A stretch of DNA of 64,000 nucleotides from Candidatus Multivoradales bacterium. GTDB taxonomy: Bacteria; Acidobacteriota; Thermoanaerobaculia; Multivoradales; J023. Below the pieces are notes generated by a model that saw only the letters and a list, made by a program, of their open reading frames with translations, had not been told where the DNA came from and ran no database searches. Positions 38,657-49,240 of this stretch are shown here, in pieces. The position numbers were made by a program, and so were the translations under genes. Location of the stretch: NCBI GenBank assembly GCA_965248925.1, contig CBDFLE010000006.1, positions 4,672,001 through 4,736,000 of the forward strand, written 5' to 3'. Each line of letters begins with the position of its first letter. The first letter of the stretch is position 1.

Positions 38657-41503
38657 TTACTGGCAAGCTTCGCACTCCGGATCCTCGATCCGGCACAGCT
38701 TGGGCTCTTCGGCGGGCTTGCCGTTGGCGGCGGTCGCCGGGTGGTCGGCACTGTCGGCGACCTGCGGTTGCGCAGCCTCGCCGGTGGCCATGCCATCGGC
38801 GGCCAGGGGAGGTGCGGTGGCGCCCTGACTACGCATTTGGGTGTAGCCGAACTTAGTGGCGTCGACAGTGGATTTCTCGATCTGTGTCGCCGCCAGCGTG
38901 CGCAGGTAGTAGGTGGTCTTGAGGCCCATCTTCCAAGCCGCGATGTAGGTCTCCGACAGCTTCTTGCCGGAGGTGCCGGTCATGAAGACATTGTGCGCCT
39001 GGCTCTGATCGATCCACTTGGTGCGCGCGGCGGTCATCTTCAAGGCCCAGATCGGGTCGATCTGGAAGGCTTCTCGATATTTGACCTTGAGTTCCTCGGG
39101 GATGGCGGCGATGCGCGACACGTTGCCATCGTAGGCCTTGAGCTGCTCCAGGGTTTCGTCGTTCCACAAGCCGAGTTTCTTGAGATCGGCAATCAGATAC
39201 TGATTGACCACCGTGAACTCGCCCGAGATGTTGGCCTTGACGTAGATGTTCTTGTAGATCGGCTCGATGCAGGGGAAGCAGCCGGAAATATTCGAGATGG
39301 TCGCCGTCGGTGCGATCGCCATGGTGTTGGAGTTGCGCATGCCGTGCTGGCGCAGGTGCTCGCGCACCGGTGCCCAATCAAGGCGCACGGTACGCGAGAC
39401 TTCTACCGGCAGGCCGCGCTCCTCCTCCAATAGGTCGATGGTGTCGATCGGTAGCAGGCCACGCTGCCATTTCGAACCCTCATAGGAGGCGTAAGCACCA
39501 CGCTCCTTGGCCAACTCGCTGGAACCCAGAATGGCGTTGTAGGAGATCAGCTCCATCACCCGATCGGCGAACTCTAACGCCGCCTCGGACTTGAATGGCG
39601 CATCGATCTTGAACAACGCGTCTTGCAGACCCATCAGGCCCAGGCCCACCGGCCGATGCTGCAAATTGGAGTTCTTGGCTTCGGGAGTGGGGTAGAAGTT
39701 GATGTCGACCACGTTGTCGAGCATCCGCATGGCGGTGCGCACGGTGCGCGCCAGACGCTCCGCGTCGAGTTGGCCGCCGCTGACGTGGCGCGCCAGGTTG
39801 ACCGAGCCCAGATTGCACACCGCGGTTTCTTCAGCCGAGGTGTTGAGGGTGATCTCGGTGCATAGGTTCGAGCTGTGGATGACGCCGACGTGGTCCTGCG
39901 GCGAGCGGATGTTGCAGGGGTCCTTGAAGGTGATCCAAGGATGGCCGGTCTCGAACAGCATGGTCAGCATCTTGCGCCACAGCTTCTTCGCCGGTAGGCG
40001 CTTGAAGAGGGCGATCTCGCCGCGGTCCACCCGCTGCTCGTAAGCGATGTAGCGGCGTTCGAAATCGCTGCCGTAGGTACCGTGCAGGTCGGGGGTCTCG
40101 TCGGGGGAAAAGAGAGTCCACTCCTTGTCGGCGATCACCCGTTTCATGAACAGGTCCGGAATCCAGTTGGCGGTGTTCATGTCGTGGGTGCGGCGGCGCT
40201 CGTCACCGGTGTTCTTGCGCAGGTCGAGGAAGTCCTCGATGTCGTAGTGCCAGGTCTCAAGGTAGGCGCAGGTGGCGCCGCGCCGCTTGCCGCTGCGGTT
40301 GATCGCGTTGGTGACATCGTTGGCGATCTTGAGGAAGGGAATGACCCCCTGGCTCTCGACCTTGGTCGACTTGATCGCCGAACCGGTGCCGCGGATATTC
40401 GACCAATCGTTGCCGATCCCCCCCGACCACTTCGACAGCTGTGAGTTGTCGCCCAGGCATTTGAAGATCTGCCGCAGATCGTCGTCGATGGTAGTCAAGT
40501 AGCAGGAGCTGAGCTGCGGATGGGTGGTGCCGGCGTGGAACATGGTCGGGGTCGAGGGCACATAGAGCAGCTGCGACATCAGCTCATAGAACTCGATCGC
40601 CCAATCTTCGGTCTGCTCTTCTTTGATCGCCAAGCCCATTGCCACCCGCATCCAAAACGCCTGCGGCAGCTCGCCGCAGTATTCGCCGGTGCGGATGAAG
40701 TAGCGCTCGTAGAGGGTCTGCAAGCCGAGGAAGTTGAATTCGTAGTCGCGCCCCGGCCGCAAGGCTTTGGCTAGCCGATCGAGATCCATCTTCGCCATCC
40801 GTGGATCTAGATTGCCCTGGGTGGCGTGGCTCTGGATGCCGGACACAAAGGCCCGGCGGTAGATATCGGCCCGCTCATCGGCGGTGGTCGAAACCCCGAT
40901 CACCTCTTTGTAGAGCCGTTGCAGCAGCAGCCGGGCGGCGAGGTAGCCGTAGGCTGGATCGCGCTCGATGAAGCTGGCCGAGGCCAGCACCAACGCGCGG
41001 TCGATATTCTGCGTGGTGACTTCGTCGTAGACGTTCTTGATCACCTCGCGCACCACGTTTTCGACATCGATGGTGCCGTTCAAACCGCGGGAGTTGCGGC
41101 GAATCGACTCATCGAGCTTCTTGACGTTGAACAGCTGGGTACGGCGATCGCGCTTCTTGACCGTCAGCTTGCCCAGCTTGGCGCTTTCCAAGGTACGCTG
41201 CTTGGACTCTTCGCGGGCCATCTGGCGATTGGCGCGATAGAGGATGTAGGCCTTGGAGATCTCGTACAGCTGGCCGCGGACCAGGTGTTTCTCGACAATG
41301 TCCTGAATATTTTCGACGTTGGGGTAAAAGTCGACGAAGCGCTGTTCGATCTCGTTGCAGACCGTATTAGTCAACTCGTCGAGCTGAGCGTCTGGCACCG
41401 GGGTACCCACCGCTTGCACGGCCTTGTCGATGGCGGCTCTGATACGCACTCCATCGAAGGCCACAACCTCCCCCGTTCGCTTGACGACTCGCAGCTCCAG
41501 CAT
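38657..41503 (-). CDS. nrdA: Ribonucleotide reductase alpha subunit with two ATP-cones
   Basis: VVKRTG and VKKRDR cones, PSTPT, LSSCY, SNLCTEI, VCNLGS, APTATIS, KTTYY, C-terminal CEACQ. Confidence 0.96.
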   Translation of the reverse strand: MLELRVVKRTGEVVAFDGVRIRAAIDKAVQAVGTPVPDAQLDELTNTVCNEIEQRFVDFYPNVENIQDIVEKHLVRGQLYEISKAYILYRANRQMAREESKQRTLESAKLGKLTVKKRDRRTQLFNVKKLDESIRRNSRGLNGTIDVENVVREVIKNVYDEVTTQNIDRALVLASASFIERDPAYGYLAARLLLQRLYKEVIGVSTTADERADIYRRAFVSGIQSHATQGNLDPRMAKMDLDRLAKALRPGRDYEFNFLGLQTLYERYFIRTGEYCGELPQAFWMRVAMGLAIKEEQTEDWAIEFYELMSQLLYVPSTPTMFHAGTTHPQLSSCYLTTIDDDLRQIFKCLGDNSQLSKWSGGIGNDWSNIRGTGSAIKSTKVESQGVIPFLKIANDVTNAINRSGKRRGATCAYLETWHYDIEDFLDLRKNTGDERRRTHDMNTANWIPDLFMKRVIADKEWTLFSPDETPDLHGTYGSDFERRYIAYEQRVDRGEIALFKRLPAKKLWRKMLTMLFETGHPWITFKDPCNIRSPQDHVGVIHSSNLCTEITLNTSAEETAVCNLGSVNLARHVSGGQLDAERLARTVRTAMRMLDNVVDINFYPTPEAKNSNLQHRPVGLGLMGLQDALFKIDAPFKSEAALEFADRVMELISYNAILGSSELAKERGAYASYEGSKWQRGLLPIDTIDLLEEERGLPVEVSRTVRLDWAPVREHLRQHGMRNSNTMAIAPTATISNISGCFPCIEPIYKNIYVKANISGEFTVVNQYLIADLKKLGLWNDETLEQLKAYDGNVSRIAAIPEELKVKYREAFQIDPIWALKMTAARTKWIDQSQAHNVFMTGTSGKKLSETYIAAWKMGLKTTYYLRTLAATQIEKSTVDATKFGYTQMRSQGATAPPLAADGMATGEAAQPQVADSADHPATAANGKPAEEPKLCRIEDPECEACQ

Positions 41504-41703
41504 GTCCAATCCTCCGCTCCTTGACGGCTCGCTATCGCGGCCTCGATGGCCCAGTATCACAGTCAGAATCTGGGTTAAATTTTTTTTCACGCCCCTCCGG
41601 GCAGCGCTCTGCCCTGGGCGGACGCTCGATTACCGTCTCCCGCTGGTCTGTTTATTCGGCCGCGCCAAGTCAAACCTTACGTTTCTAAGAGGTTATGCGA
41701 CCG

Positions 41704-41780
41704 TCGCTATATCTTCGCGGAACCTTGAGGCAGACTACAAGATGTAGTTGCTGGCTGTCAAGCATCCCCAAGATACTGCG
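41704..41780. promoter_or_regulatory. Three NrdR-box-like sites at 31-bp spacing
   Basis: tcgCTATATCTTcgc (41704), ctaCAAGATGTAGtt (41735), cccCAAGATACTGcg (41766) versus consensus acaCwAtATaTwGtg; upstream of nrdA. Confidence 0.72.
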
Positions 41781-42104
41781 GTTCTGTCTGCAAGTCGTAT
41801 ATTTCTCAGGGGGTTAGAGCGGCCCTAATTGCGGCCTATGCAGACGAATTCATTAATAAGTGTGGTGCAAAGCCCGGCGCTCCGCAGGTGTCTCCCGTGC
41901 ACATCCCGTTGTGCAGATCTGAGGGCCGATTCGCACAGAAAGTTGTGCACTTCAGCGAGGTCAGGGCCGTCCTCTTGGGCGCCGGTGAGCTACTCAGCGG
42001 GAGCCGCGGGATCGGCGCTCGCCGAGGGGGGAACTAGAGGATAGAATTCACTTCCCGATCTAGTTCTAGAACCGTCCGGTAGATTCAATCTCGAGGAAGC
42101 ACAG

Positions 42105-44861
42105 ATGCGCCTACTTTTCGTCACTCCCGCCATCGGCATACGCGGTCTTGTCATTGCCTTGTTGGCCGCGCTGGCGTCCACTGCCGATGCCGGCACTTTG
42201 CACGACCCACGTGAGATCCACCTGGCCGACGTGCGGCAGCTGACTTTCGGCGGCGAAAACGCTGAGGCCTACTGGTCGCCGGACGGCTCTGAGCTGATCT
42301 ACCAGGCCAAGGTGCCGCCTTACAGCTGTGATCAGATCTTTCGCATGGATCCGCGCCAGCCAGGCGAGCCACAGCTGGTCTCGACCGGCAAGGGTCGTAC
42401 CACCTGCGCTTACTTCAGCTATCCCAAGGGCGCCCGGGTGATCTATTCCTCGACCCATCAGGAAGACCCGTTGTGTCCGCCGACGCCGGATTTCTCTCAG
42501 GGCTACGTCTGGCCGATCTACTCCAGCTACGAGCTTTACGATGCGGCGGTCGACGGCAGCGACCTGCGGCGGCTGACCGACAACCAGGCTTACGATGCCG
42601 AGGCCACGATGTGTCCGCTCGACGGTTCGGTGATTTTCACCTCAACCCGCGATGGCGATCTGGAACTCTACCGGATGAAGGCCGATGGCTCAGAGGTGGT
42701 GCGCTTGACCGACACCCCGGGCTATGACGGTGGCGCCTTCTTTTCCGCCGATTGCACTCAGATTGTCTGGCGAGCGTCACGCCCGCAGGAAGGCAATGAG
42801 CTGGACGAGTATCGCCGCCTGCTTGAGCAGGGGCTGATCCAGCCTGGACGGCTGGAACTCTGGGTTGCCGATGCCGACGGCGCCAACCCGCGGCAGATCA
42901 CCTATCTCGGAGCGGCCTCGTTTGCCCCTTATTTCTTTCCCAGCGGCCGGCGGATTATTTTCTCCTCCAATGCGGGCGATCCTCGCGGTCGGGAATTCGA
43001 CTTGTGGGCGGTCGATGTCGACGGGACACACCTCGAGCGGATCACCTACACCTCCGGTTTTGATGGTTTCCCGGTGTTCTCTCCCGATGGTCGGTGGCTG
43101 GCCTTTGGCTCCAATCGCAACCAGGGCAAGCCTGGCGAGACCGATGTCTATGTCGCTCGCTGGTTGGAGGCCGAAGGGCCCACCGAGCCACAGATCGCCG
43201 ACCGCTTGCAGGTCGCGGTGTCGTGGCTGGCCGACGATCAGCGCCAGGGGCGGGGGATCGGTACCGAGGGGTTGGAGGCCAGCGCAGTGTGGTTGGAGGA
43301 ACAATTTGGCCGGCTGGGCCTACAGCCGGCAGGTGATGAGGGGCAAGCACGGCAGAGGTTTGAGGTGCCACTGTCGGTGGAGCCCGGAGCGGGCACGCGA
43401 CTGGTAATCGACGGCCAGGAGATCGCCGCTGAAGAATTTCGCATCGCCTCCTTCAGTGCGCCGGGGACAGTGGCTGCCGAAGTGGTGCCGGTGGGCTACG
43501 GCATCAGCGCGCCAGAGGAGGGTGTTGACCACTACGCCGATCTCGCCGTGAACGGCAGGATTGTTGCCGTGCGACGCTTCACTCCCAGTGGCCCGCCCTT
43601 CGACAAAGCTGAGATCGAGCGCCGTTATGGCGATCTTCGGCACAAAGCCTGGGCGGCGCGCGAACATGGCGCTATCGGGGTGGTGATTGTCGATCTGCCG
43701 CTCAGCGCTGGTGAAGAAGAGCTGGCGGAGGAATTTCCCCTGCCCAAGTTGCGGGTCGACAATCGAGGAGATGCCGGCATACCGGTGGTGATCGCCACTC
43801 GCCAGGCGGCGGCGAGCCTCTTTACTGGCGGTCAGAAGGCAGAACTCAATGTCGAGGTCCTGCGCCACAGCCAGCCGGCGCACAACATCATCGAGCGAGT
43901 GGTCGCGGGTGGCGAGCCGTTGGCTGGCACGGTGGTGATCGGTGCCCACTACGACCATCTTGGATTGGGCGAGTCGGGTGGATCGCTAAGCCCTGAGGAG
44001 CAGCTGCCGCACAATGGTGCCGACGACAATGCTTCCGGCACGGCGGCTTTGCTCGAGATTGCCCGCGTGCTGCAAGCGCGGCGCGGCGAGCTGCGCCGCG
44101 ATGTGGTTTTGGTGGCCTTTGCCGGTGAGGAGTCGGGGCTGTTGGGTTCGACCCACCTGACTCGCAATCCGCCGCCGGGTCTAGATCTTGGCGAGATCTA
44201 CGCCATGCTCAATCTCGACATGGTGGGGCGCTTGCGGCGCAACAAATTGTCGGTGTTAGGGGGCGATTCGGCCGAGGAGTGGGCTGAGCTAGTCGAGCCC
44301 GCTTGCGAGCGGGTGGCGGTGGACTGCAACCTCAGCGGCGACGGCTATGGTCCCTCGGACCAGACCCCCTTCTACGCTGCCGGCATTCCGGTGCTACATT
44401 TTTTCACCGGCAGTCATGACGAATATCACAAGCCCAGCGACGATACCGAGTTGCTGAACTTTGCCGGCCTGGCCCAGGTGTCGCGTTTGGTCGCCGATCT
44501 GGGAGTGGCCTTGGCCCAACGCGACGCGCCACTGACTCTCAAGGAAGCGCCGCCGCTAGAGCCCCGTGGCGACGCCCGTTCCTACGGCGCTTCGCTGGGC
44601 ACCATCCCTGACTATGCCGGTGACGACCGTCCCGGCGTCTTGCTTGCTGGCACGCGTCCCGGCGGCCCAGCTGATGCCGCCGGTATAAAGCGCGGCGACC
44701 TGCTGGTCGAGCTCGCTGGCCGCGAGGTGCGCGACATCTACGACTTTATGTACGTGCTGCGCCAGGGCAAGCCCGGCGAGACGGTTAGCGTGGTGGTCGA
44801 TCGGGACGGCGAACGGGTTGAACTAGAGGTCACCTTCGGCAAGAGCCGGGGGATGCAATGA
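42105..44861 (+). CDS. Secreted fusion: PD40/TolB-like propeller + PA + M28 peptidase + PDZ
   Basis: ENAEAYWSPDG, GYDGGAFFS, FDGFPVFSPDG; GAHYDHLG, NGADDNASG, GEESGLLGS, NLDMVGR, YHKPSD; SLGTIPDY...AGIKRGD. Confidence 0.9.
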   Translation: MRLLFVTPAIGIRGLVIALLAALASTADAGTLHDPREIHLADVRQLTFGGENAEAYWSPDGSELIYQAKVPPYSCDQIFRMDPRQPGEPQLVSTGKGRTTCAYFSYPKGARVIYSSTHQEDPLCPPTPDFSQGYVWPIYSSYELYDAAVDGSDLRRLTDNQAYDAEATMCPLDGSVIFTSTRDGDLELYRMKADGSEVVRLTDTPGYDGGAFFSADCTQIVWRASRPQEGNELDEYRRLLEQGLIQPGRLELWVADADGANPRQITYLGAASFAPYFFPSGRRIIFSSNAGDPRGREFDLWAVDVDGTHLERITYTSGFDGFPVFSPDGRWLAFGSNRNQGKPGETDVYVARWLEAEGPTEPQIADRLQVAVSWLADDQRQGRGIGTEGLEASAVWLEEQFGRLGLQPAGDEGQARQRFEVPLSVEPGAGTRLVIDGQEIAAEEFRIASFSAPGTVAAEVVPVGYGISAPEEGVDHYADLAVNGRIVAVRRFTPSGPPFDKAEIERRYGDLRHKAWAAREHGAIGVVIVDLPLSAGEEELAEEFPLPKLRVDNRGDAGIPVVIATRQAAASLFTGGQKAELNVEVLRHSQPAHNIIERVVAGGEPLAGTVVIGAHYDHLGLGESGGSLSPEEQLPHNGADDNASGTAALLEIARVLQARRGELRRDVVLVAFAGEESGLLGSTHLTRNPPPGLDLGEIYAMLNLDMVGRLRRNKLSVLGGDSAEEWAELVEPACERVAVDCNLSGDGYGPSDQTPFYAAGIPVLHFFTGSHDEYHKPSDDTELLNFAGLAQVSRLVADLGVALAQRDAPLTLKEAPPLEPRGDARSYGASLGTIPDYAGDDRPGVLLAGTRPGGPADAAGIKRGDLLVELAGREVRDIYDFMYVLRQGKPGETVSVVVDRDGERVELEVTFGKSRGMQ

Positions 44862-44917
44862 GCAGGATGGATTGGGTTTCGGAGATCTGGAACCCGTCGA
44901 TAGACAAAGGAGGTCTC

Positions 44918-45121
44918 GTGGTCGTGACGCTCTCGTCCGAGTACCAGCTGACGATTCCTGAGTCGATTAGGGACTCTCTGGATCTGCGGCCGGGTCAGAA
45001 GATCCAAGCGATGATCAGCGGTGATCGAATCGAGCTGATTCCGCTGCGCCCAATGTCCGAGCTGCGTGGCTTCTTACCTGGTCTCGATACGACCCTTGAG
45101 CCGGAGACCGATCGGCTTTGA
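44918..45121 (+). CDS. AbrB/MazE/SpoVT-family antitoxin (no toxin follows)
   Basis: TLSSEYQLTIPESIRDSLDLRPGQ; AGGAGG before GTG. Confidence 0.82.
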   Translation: MVVTLSSEYQLTIPESIRDSLDLRPGQKIQAMISGDRIELIPLRPMSELRGFLPGLDTTLEPETDRL

Positions 45122-45122
45122 A

Positions 45123-45156
45123 CTCAGTCGCCACGGCCAGCGCCGTGGCGACTGAG
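45123..45156. terminator. Perfect 15-bp stem hairpin between convergent genes
   Basis: CTCAGTCGCCACGGC-CAGC-GCCGTGGCGACTGAG; no U-tract. Confidence 0.6.
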
Positions 45157-45165
45157 CGACCTTGC

Positions 45166-45663
45166 CTAAAAATCCTGGTGGTCGGCGGTCGGGCCGTAGA
45201 TCGGCGGAATGGGTACGTCGTGGAGGCGCAGGTAGACTGATAGCTGGCCGCGGTGGTGGATCAAGTGATTCAGCACCCACACCCGCAATACCTGACCCTT
45301 GGGCATGTTGACCAGCTCAGTCTCGCCGTGGACCATCTTCCAGCCGTTGGCTAGGTCGGCGTCGGTGGTGGTTGCAGTGGTCTCGTTCCAGGTCTTGAGG
45401 CTAGCGTTGAATTTGTCGACGATTTGGTCGGTCGCGGTGGGTTCGGTGGCTGGCGGGAAGGTGGCAACGTCGAGCGTATCCATGCTCAGGATAGGGTCGG
45501 CCCAACCGGGGATCTCGGCAATGTGGTCGCCGAGCCGACCCAGGGTCATCGATTTCTCGTGCGGTTTCCAACTCAGCCGGTCGCTGGGAATCGACTCCAG
45601 CATCTTAAGAGTGCTTTGTGCTTCGTGGGCAAGTTCGGCAACCAGGGCTTGGATCATCGACAT
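45166..45663 (-). CDS. DinB family protein
   Basis: WKPHEKSMTLGRLGDHIA, NHLIHHRGQLSVYLR, PPIYGP. Confidence 0.9.
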   Translation of the reverse strand: MSMIQALVAELAHEAQSTLKMLESIPSDRLSWKPHEKSMTLGRLGDHIAEIPGWADPILSMDTLDVATFPPATEPTATDQIVDKFNASLKTWNETTATTTDADLANGWKMVHGETELVNMPKGQVLRVWVLNHLIHHRGQLSVYLRLHDVPIPPIYGPTADHQDF

Positions 45664-45741
45664 TTTGAGATTTCTCCTGAAGGTTAGGGGCTGATGCTAG
45701 CAGGCTTTGGGCGCGCGCAGCCGGCACCAAGGAGCAGCTGC

Positions 45742-46950
45742 TCAGCCGAGCTGGCGCTCAATTCGCCCGGCCAGCTGCTGACCGATGGCCAGGGCGGCGG
45801 TGGCGGCTGGTGAGGGGGCATTCACTAGATGCACTGAGCCGGGGCCTTCGACGATGTGGAAGTCGTCGACCAGGCCGCCACCTGGGGTGACCGCCTGGGC
45901 GCGCACTCCACAGCCAGCGTCGACCAAGTCCTCGGCGCGAATCCCCGGTACCAGGCGAGCCAGGGCGGCGGCGAAGCGGCGCTTGCTCATGGCCCGCGTT
46001 AACTCGCCGAGACCAGTACGCCAATAGCGCGCGGCCAAGCGCCAAAATCCAAGGTACCCAAAGGTGTCGATGGCATCTCGCCAAGCGAAGCTCCAGCGGG
46101 AGTAGCCGCTACGCATCAATGCCGGAACGGCGTTGGGGCCGGCTTCCAGAGTGCCGTCGATGCGGCGGGTGAAATGTACGCCGAGGAAGGGGAAGCGTGG
46201 GTCGGGAACCGGGTAGATCAGCCCCCGGACTAACTCTGAGCGAGCGCCGGGAATGGCAAAGTAGTCGCCACGGAAAGGCACGATGCGCAACCCCGGATCG
46301 ACGCCGCAGAGCCGCGCCAGGCGATCTGATTCGAGCCCGGCGCAGCCCACCAGGAACGATGCTTCGAGGTCGCCGGCCGTGCTTTCGAGACGCCAACACT
46401 CACCCTGCCGCTGGCTGGTGACCAGTTTCCAGCCGAGTCGAACCTCACCACCCATGGCGTGTAAACGATCCGCCAGTACCCGGCTGACCAGACGGTAGTC
46501 GACCACCCCGGTCTCGGGCACCCACAATCCGGCGCAGCCGCGGGCGTGCGGTTCGTAGTGGGCTATCTGTTCGCGGTCGAGACGCAGCAGGCCGCGCAGG
46601 CCATTAGCGCGCCCGCGGCGTTCGAGTTCGGCCAGCGCCGGCAGCTCATTGGGAGCGGTTGCCAATACCAACTTGCCGCAACGATGATGGGGAATCTCAT
46701 GCTGCTCGCAGAGCTGGTATAGGGCTTGCCGGCCGCTGACCGCCAGCTCTGCCTTGAGCGAGCCTGGAGGGTAGTAAAGCCCCGAGTGAATCACCCCGCT
46801 GTTGTGGCCGCTCTGGTGTCGCGCCACGCCGTCCTCGGCCTCTAGGACAACCACCCTTTGGCCGGCTTCGGCCAGGGCCACGGCGGTGGCCAGGCCGACG
46901 ATGCCGGCACCGACGACGACCAGCGGTGGCTCAACGGGACGACGGGTCAT
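45742..46950 (-). CDS. lhgO: L-2-hydroxyglutarate oxidase family
   Basis: GAGIVG, HQSGHNSGVIHSGLYY, IYPVPDPRFPFLGVHFT, GVRAQA, NAPSPAATA. Confidence 0.9.
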   Translation of the reverse strand: MTRRPVEPPLVVVGAGIVGLATAVALAEAGQRVVVLEAEDGVARHQSGHNSGVIHSGLYYPPGSLKAELAVSGRQALYQLCEQHEIPHHRCGKLVLATAPNELPALAELERRGRANGLRGLLRLDREQIAHYEPHARGCAGLWVPETGVVDYRLVSRVLADRLHAMGGEVRLGWKLVTSQRQGECWRLESTAGDLEASFLVGCAGLESDRLARLCGVDPGLRIVPFRGDYFAIPGARSELVRGLIYPVPDPRFPFLGVHFTRRIDGTLEAGPNAVPALMRSGYSRWSFAWRDAIDTFGYLGFWRLAARYWRTGLGELTRAMSKRRFAAALARLVPGIRAEDLVDAGCGVRAQAVTPGGGLVDDFHIVEGPGSVHLVNAPSPAATAALAIGQQLAGRIERQLG

Positions 46951-49031
46951 TTCAACTTGGGGACTTCGGTGCCGTAGACATAGCGCTCGAACCAGGGCTG
47001 CCAATCGCTGCCGGTCATCTGATTGAGGATTCCCACCAGGTGGCGGGTCTCGCCCCAGCTGTCGCCGAAGTTTTTCAGCATCGAGCGCAGCAGAGCGATG
47101 AAGTAGCGATCGCCGTCCTTGTCCGAGCCCTGCTGTCGACGCAGCTCCAGGCCTAGGGCGTGCAAGACCAGCGGTCCGCGGTTGTAGAGCAGGTAACGCC
47201 GCGTCCAATCGTCGGAATCGGCATCGAAGGAAAGGAAATTGGCCAAGTAGATGCTGGCCTGGGGGCCGATCTGCTTGGAACGAGCCCGCCAACCGTTGAG
47301 CAGCTTGTTGAATTCGGCTTGACCACGCTTGCCGCCGTGCAGGGCCTGCAAGCACATTGCCGCCGAGTACTCAGCAAAGCTCTCGCTCAACCACTGTTCC
47401 TCGGCGGAGGGCCATTTGATGATGTGGCCCCACCAGGCGTGGGCGACTTCGTGGGCGAAACGCTCGTTGATGCCGCCCGAGAACAGCTGGCCGATGTCGC
47501 TCTGCAAGGGTTGGAAGGCTTCGTTGGTGATGAAGATGATTCCCGGCGGGGCGATGCCGAAGCCAAAGCTGTTGCGCTCGATCACTGTCATGTCGGGGAA
47601 GGGATAGGGCATGCCAAACAGGGACTCGTAATACTTGGTGGTGTGAAAGAACAGTTGGGTGAGCTTCCTCGACGCCTTCGGCTTGGCGATGCCATAGGAG
47701 GCGACGCGGCAGGTCTTCCCGTCTTGAGTTTCCTCGAAAAGAGAGTACTTGCCGGCTGCTATTACTGGAAACATGGTTGGCCGATCCAAGGTGGTGAGCA
47801 GTCGTTGGCCGCTCTCTTGCTCGTGGCGTTCGACCACTCGTCCCGAGGCAAATGGCATCAACGGCAACGGTACGTGAACGCTGATTTCGGTAGTGGTCAG
47901 CTCGCTACCCAGATCACCCATCGGGTACCAGGCCCAGGTCCCCAACGACCAGAAGTTGTCGCCGCCGTAGCGGATCGCCAGATCGCCAGCGGCTTGCACT
48001 CTGATCTCGCGACTCTGACCCGGCCCGAGCGGCGGTTCGAGAGCCACCAGTAAGCGGCCGTTCCGATGTAGGTAGTCCGCCGGCTGGCCGTCGACCTCCA
48101 GGGACTGCACCTGGTAAGGGCGCCGGCGTCCCTTTTCTTCGACATCCGCCATCAGGCTCGCGACCCATACGCGGGTAGAGCGTTGAGCGGTGATGCGGAC
48201 CGTGGAGTCCGTGAGCACCCTCTCGGCGGTAGGATTCTCCACCTTGAGATCGAGGTGGACGGTGGTGGTCGGAGCCACCATGCCGCGCTCCCACCACGGC
48301 CGCCCGATCGGCTGATTGATCAAAGAGAGCCGGTAGTAACGGTGATGATCGTCGTCCTTGCGCTGGTCGTAACGGCGCACCCAGGAGAGCCGCTCTTCGC
48401 GCTCAAGCCGCGGATCGTAGCGCAGCAGGAAGATCTGTTGGTCCGACTTCATCAGGCCGTAGACGAAGTCGGGATTGTTGTCGGTCGCCGCCATCAGCGC
48501 GACCACCGGCTCCTCGAAGAAGGGATTGTCGAGGACCTTGCCGGCCCATTCGGGCAAGGCCGCTGGGCCAGACCTGCCGCTATCGGGCCCGCTGTCGTCG
48601 GCATCACTGACTCCACCCAGGTCACCGAAGCCCCAGCTCCACAACAGGGCGTCGTCGAGTTCGCGAATGAAGGTCATCGGGATGGCCTTGCCGCCGTTGA
48701 AAGAAAGCGCCTTGGCCAAGTTGCGCCGAGCGACCGGCAGGCTGAAGGGGTCGTCGACGGTGTAGGTCAGCCGGGTGGGTCCGTCGATCCACAGGCCGCA
48801 GACCACCTGGCCGGCCATCAACTGACGCACCACCGTGCCCTGGGCCGGCACCAGCTTGGCTCGGCCAATTTCAAGCGGGCCCGTCAGGTGGACTACAGCG
48901 CCCAGCCGTGGGGCCGAAAGGTCGGCGATCAGCTCTGGCCATGGAGTGGCGGCGACGGCTGAGCCGAGGCCCTGGAGTAGCCAAAGAAATAGGGACAAGG
49001 TGAAGTAGCAAGAGCGTTTCCACGGGTGCAT
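46947..49031 (-). CDS. Secreted M1-family zinc aminopeptidase-like protein
   Basis: AHEVAHAWWG...WLSESFAEY; LYNRGPLVLHAL; signal peptide. Confidence 0.82.
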   Translation of the reverse strand: MHPWKRSCYFTLSLFLWLLQGLGSAVAATPWPELIADLSAPRLGAVVHLTGPLEIGRAKLVPAQGTVVRQLMAGQVVCGLWIDGPTRLTYTVDDPFSLPVARRNLAKALSFNGGKAIPMTFIRELDDALLWSWGFGDLGGVSDADDSGPDSGRSGPAALPEWAGKVLDNPFFEEPVVALMAATDNNPDFVYGLMKSDQQIFLLRYDPRLEREERLSWVRRYDQRKDDDHHRYYRLSLINQPIGRPWWERGMVAPTTTVHLDLKVENPTAERVLTDSTVRITAQRSTRVWVASLMADVEEKGRRRPYQVQSLEVDGQPADYLHRNGRLLVALEPPLGPGQSREIRVQAAGDLAIRYGGDNFWSLGTWAWYPMGDLGSELTTTEISVHVPLPLMPFASGRVVERHEQESGQRLLTTLDRPTMFPVIAAGKYSLFEETQDGKTCRVASYGIAKPKASRKLTQLFFHTTKYYESLFGMPYPFPDMTVIERNSFGFGIAPPGIIFITNEAFQPLQSDIGQLFSGGINERFAHEVAHAWWGHIIKWPSAEEQWLSESFAEYSAAMCLQALHGGKRGQAEFNKLLNGWRARSKQIGPQASIYLANFLSFDADSDDWTRRYLLYNRGPLVLHALGLELRRQQGSDKDGDRYFIALLRSMLKNFGDSWGETRHLVGILNQMTGSDWQPWFERYVYGTEVPKLK

Positions 49032-49240
49032 GTGATGACCTCCTGGCAAGATATTCTTGTGCGGCACGCGGATGGCGACGCATTGACCTAATTGTAGGGC
49101 CTTCTGGCCAGGGAGCCCAGCTCAGTGCATCCAGCCTCGCTCACGGCCTTCCGAGTGACCCCTTCCGGCCCCTTCATCTCGATGGTCCTGATAGGGTCGG
49201 GGAGATGGCCGGGCCATCGAAAAAGAGGGCAATCCAGGAG

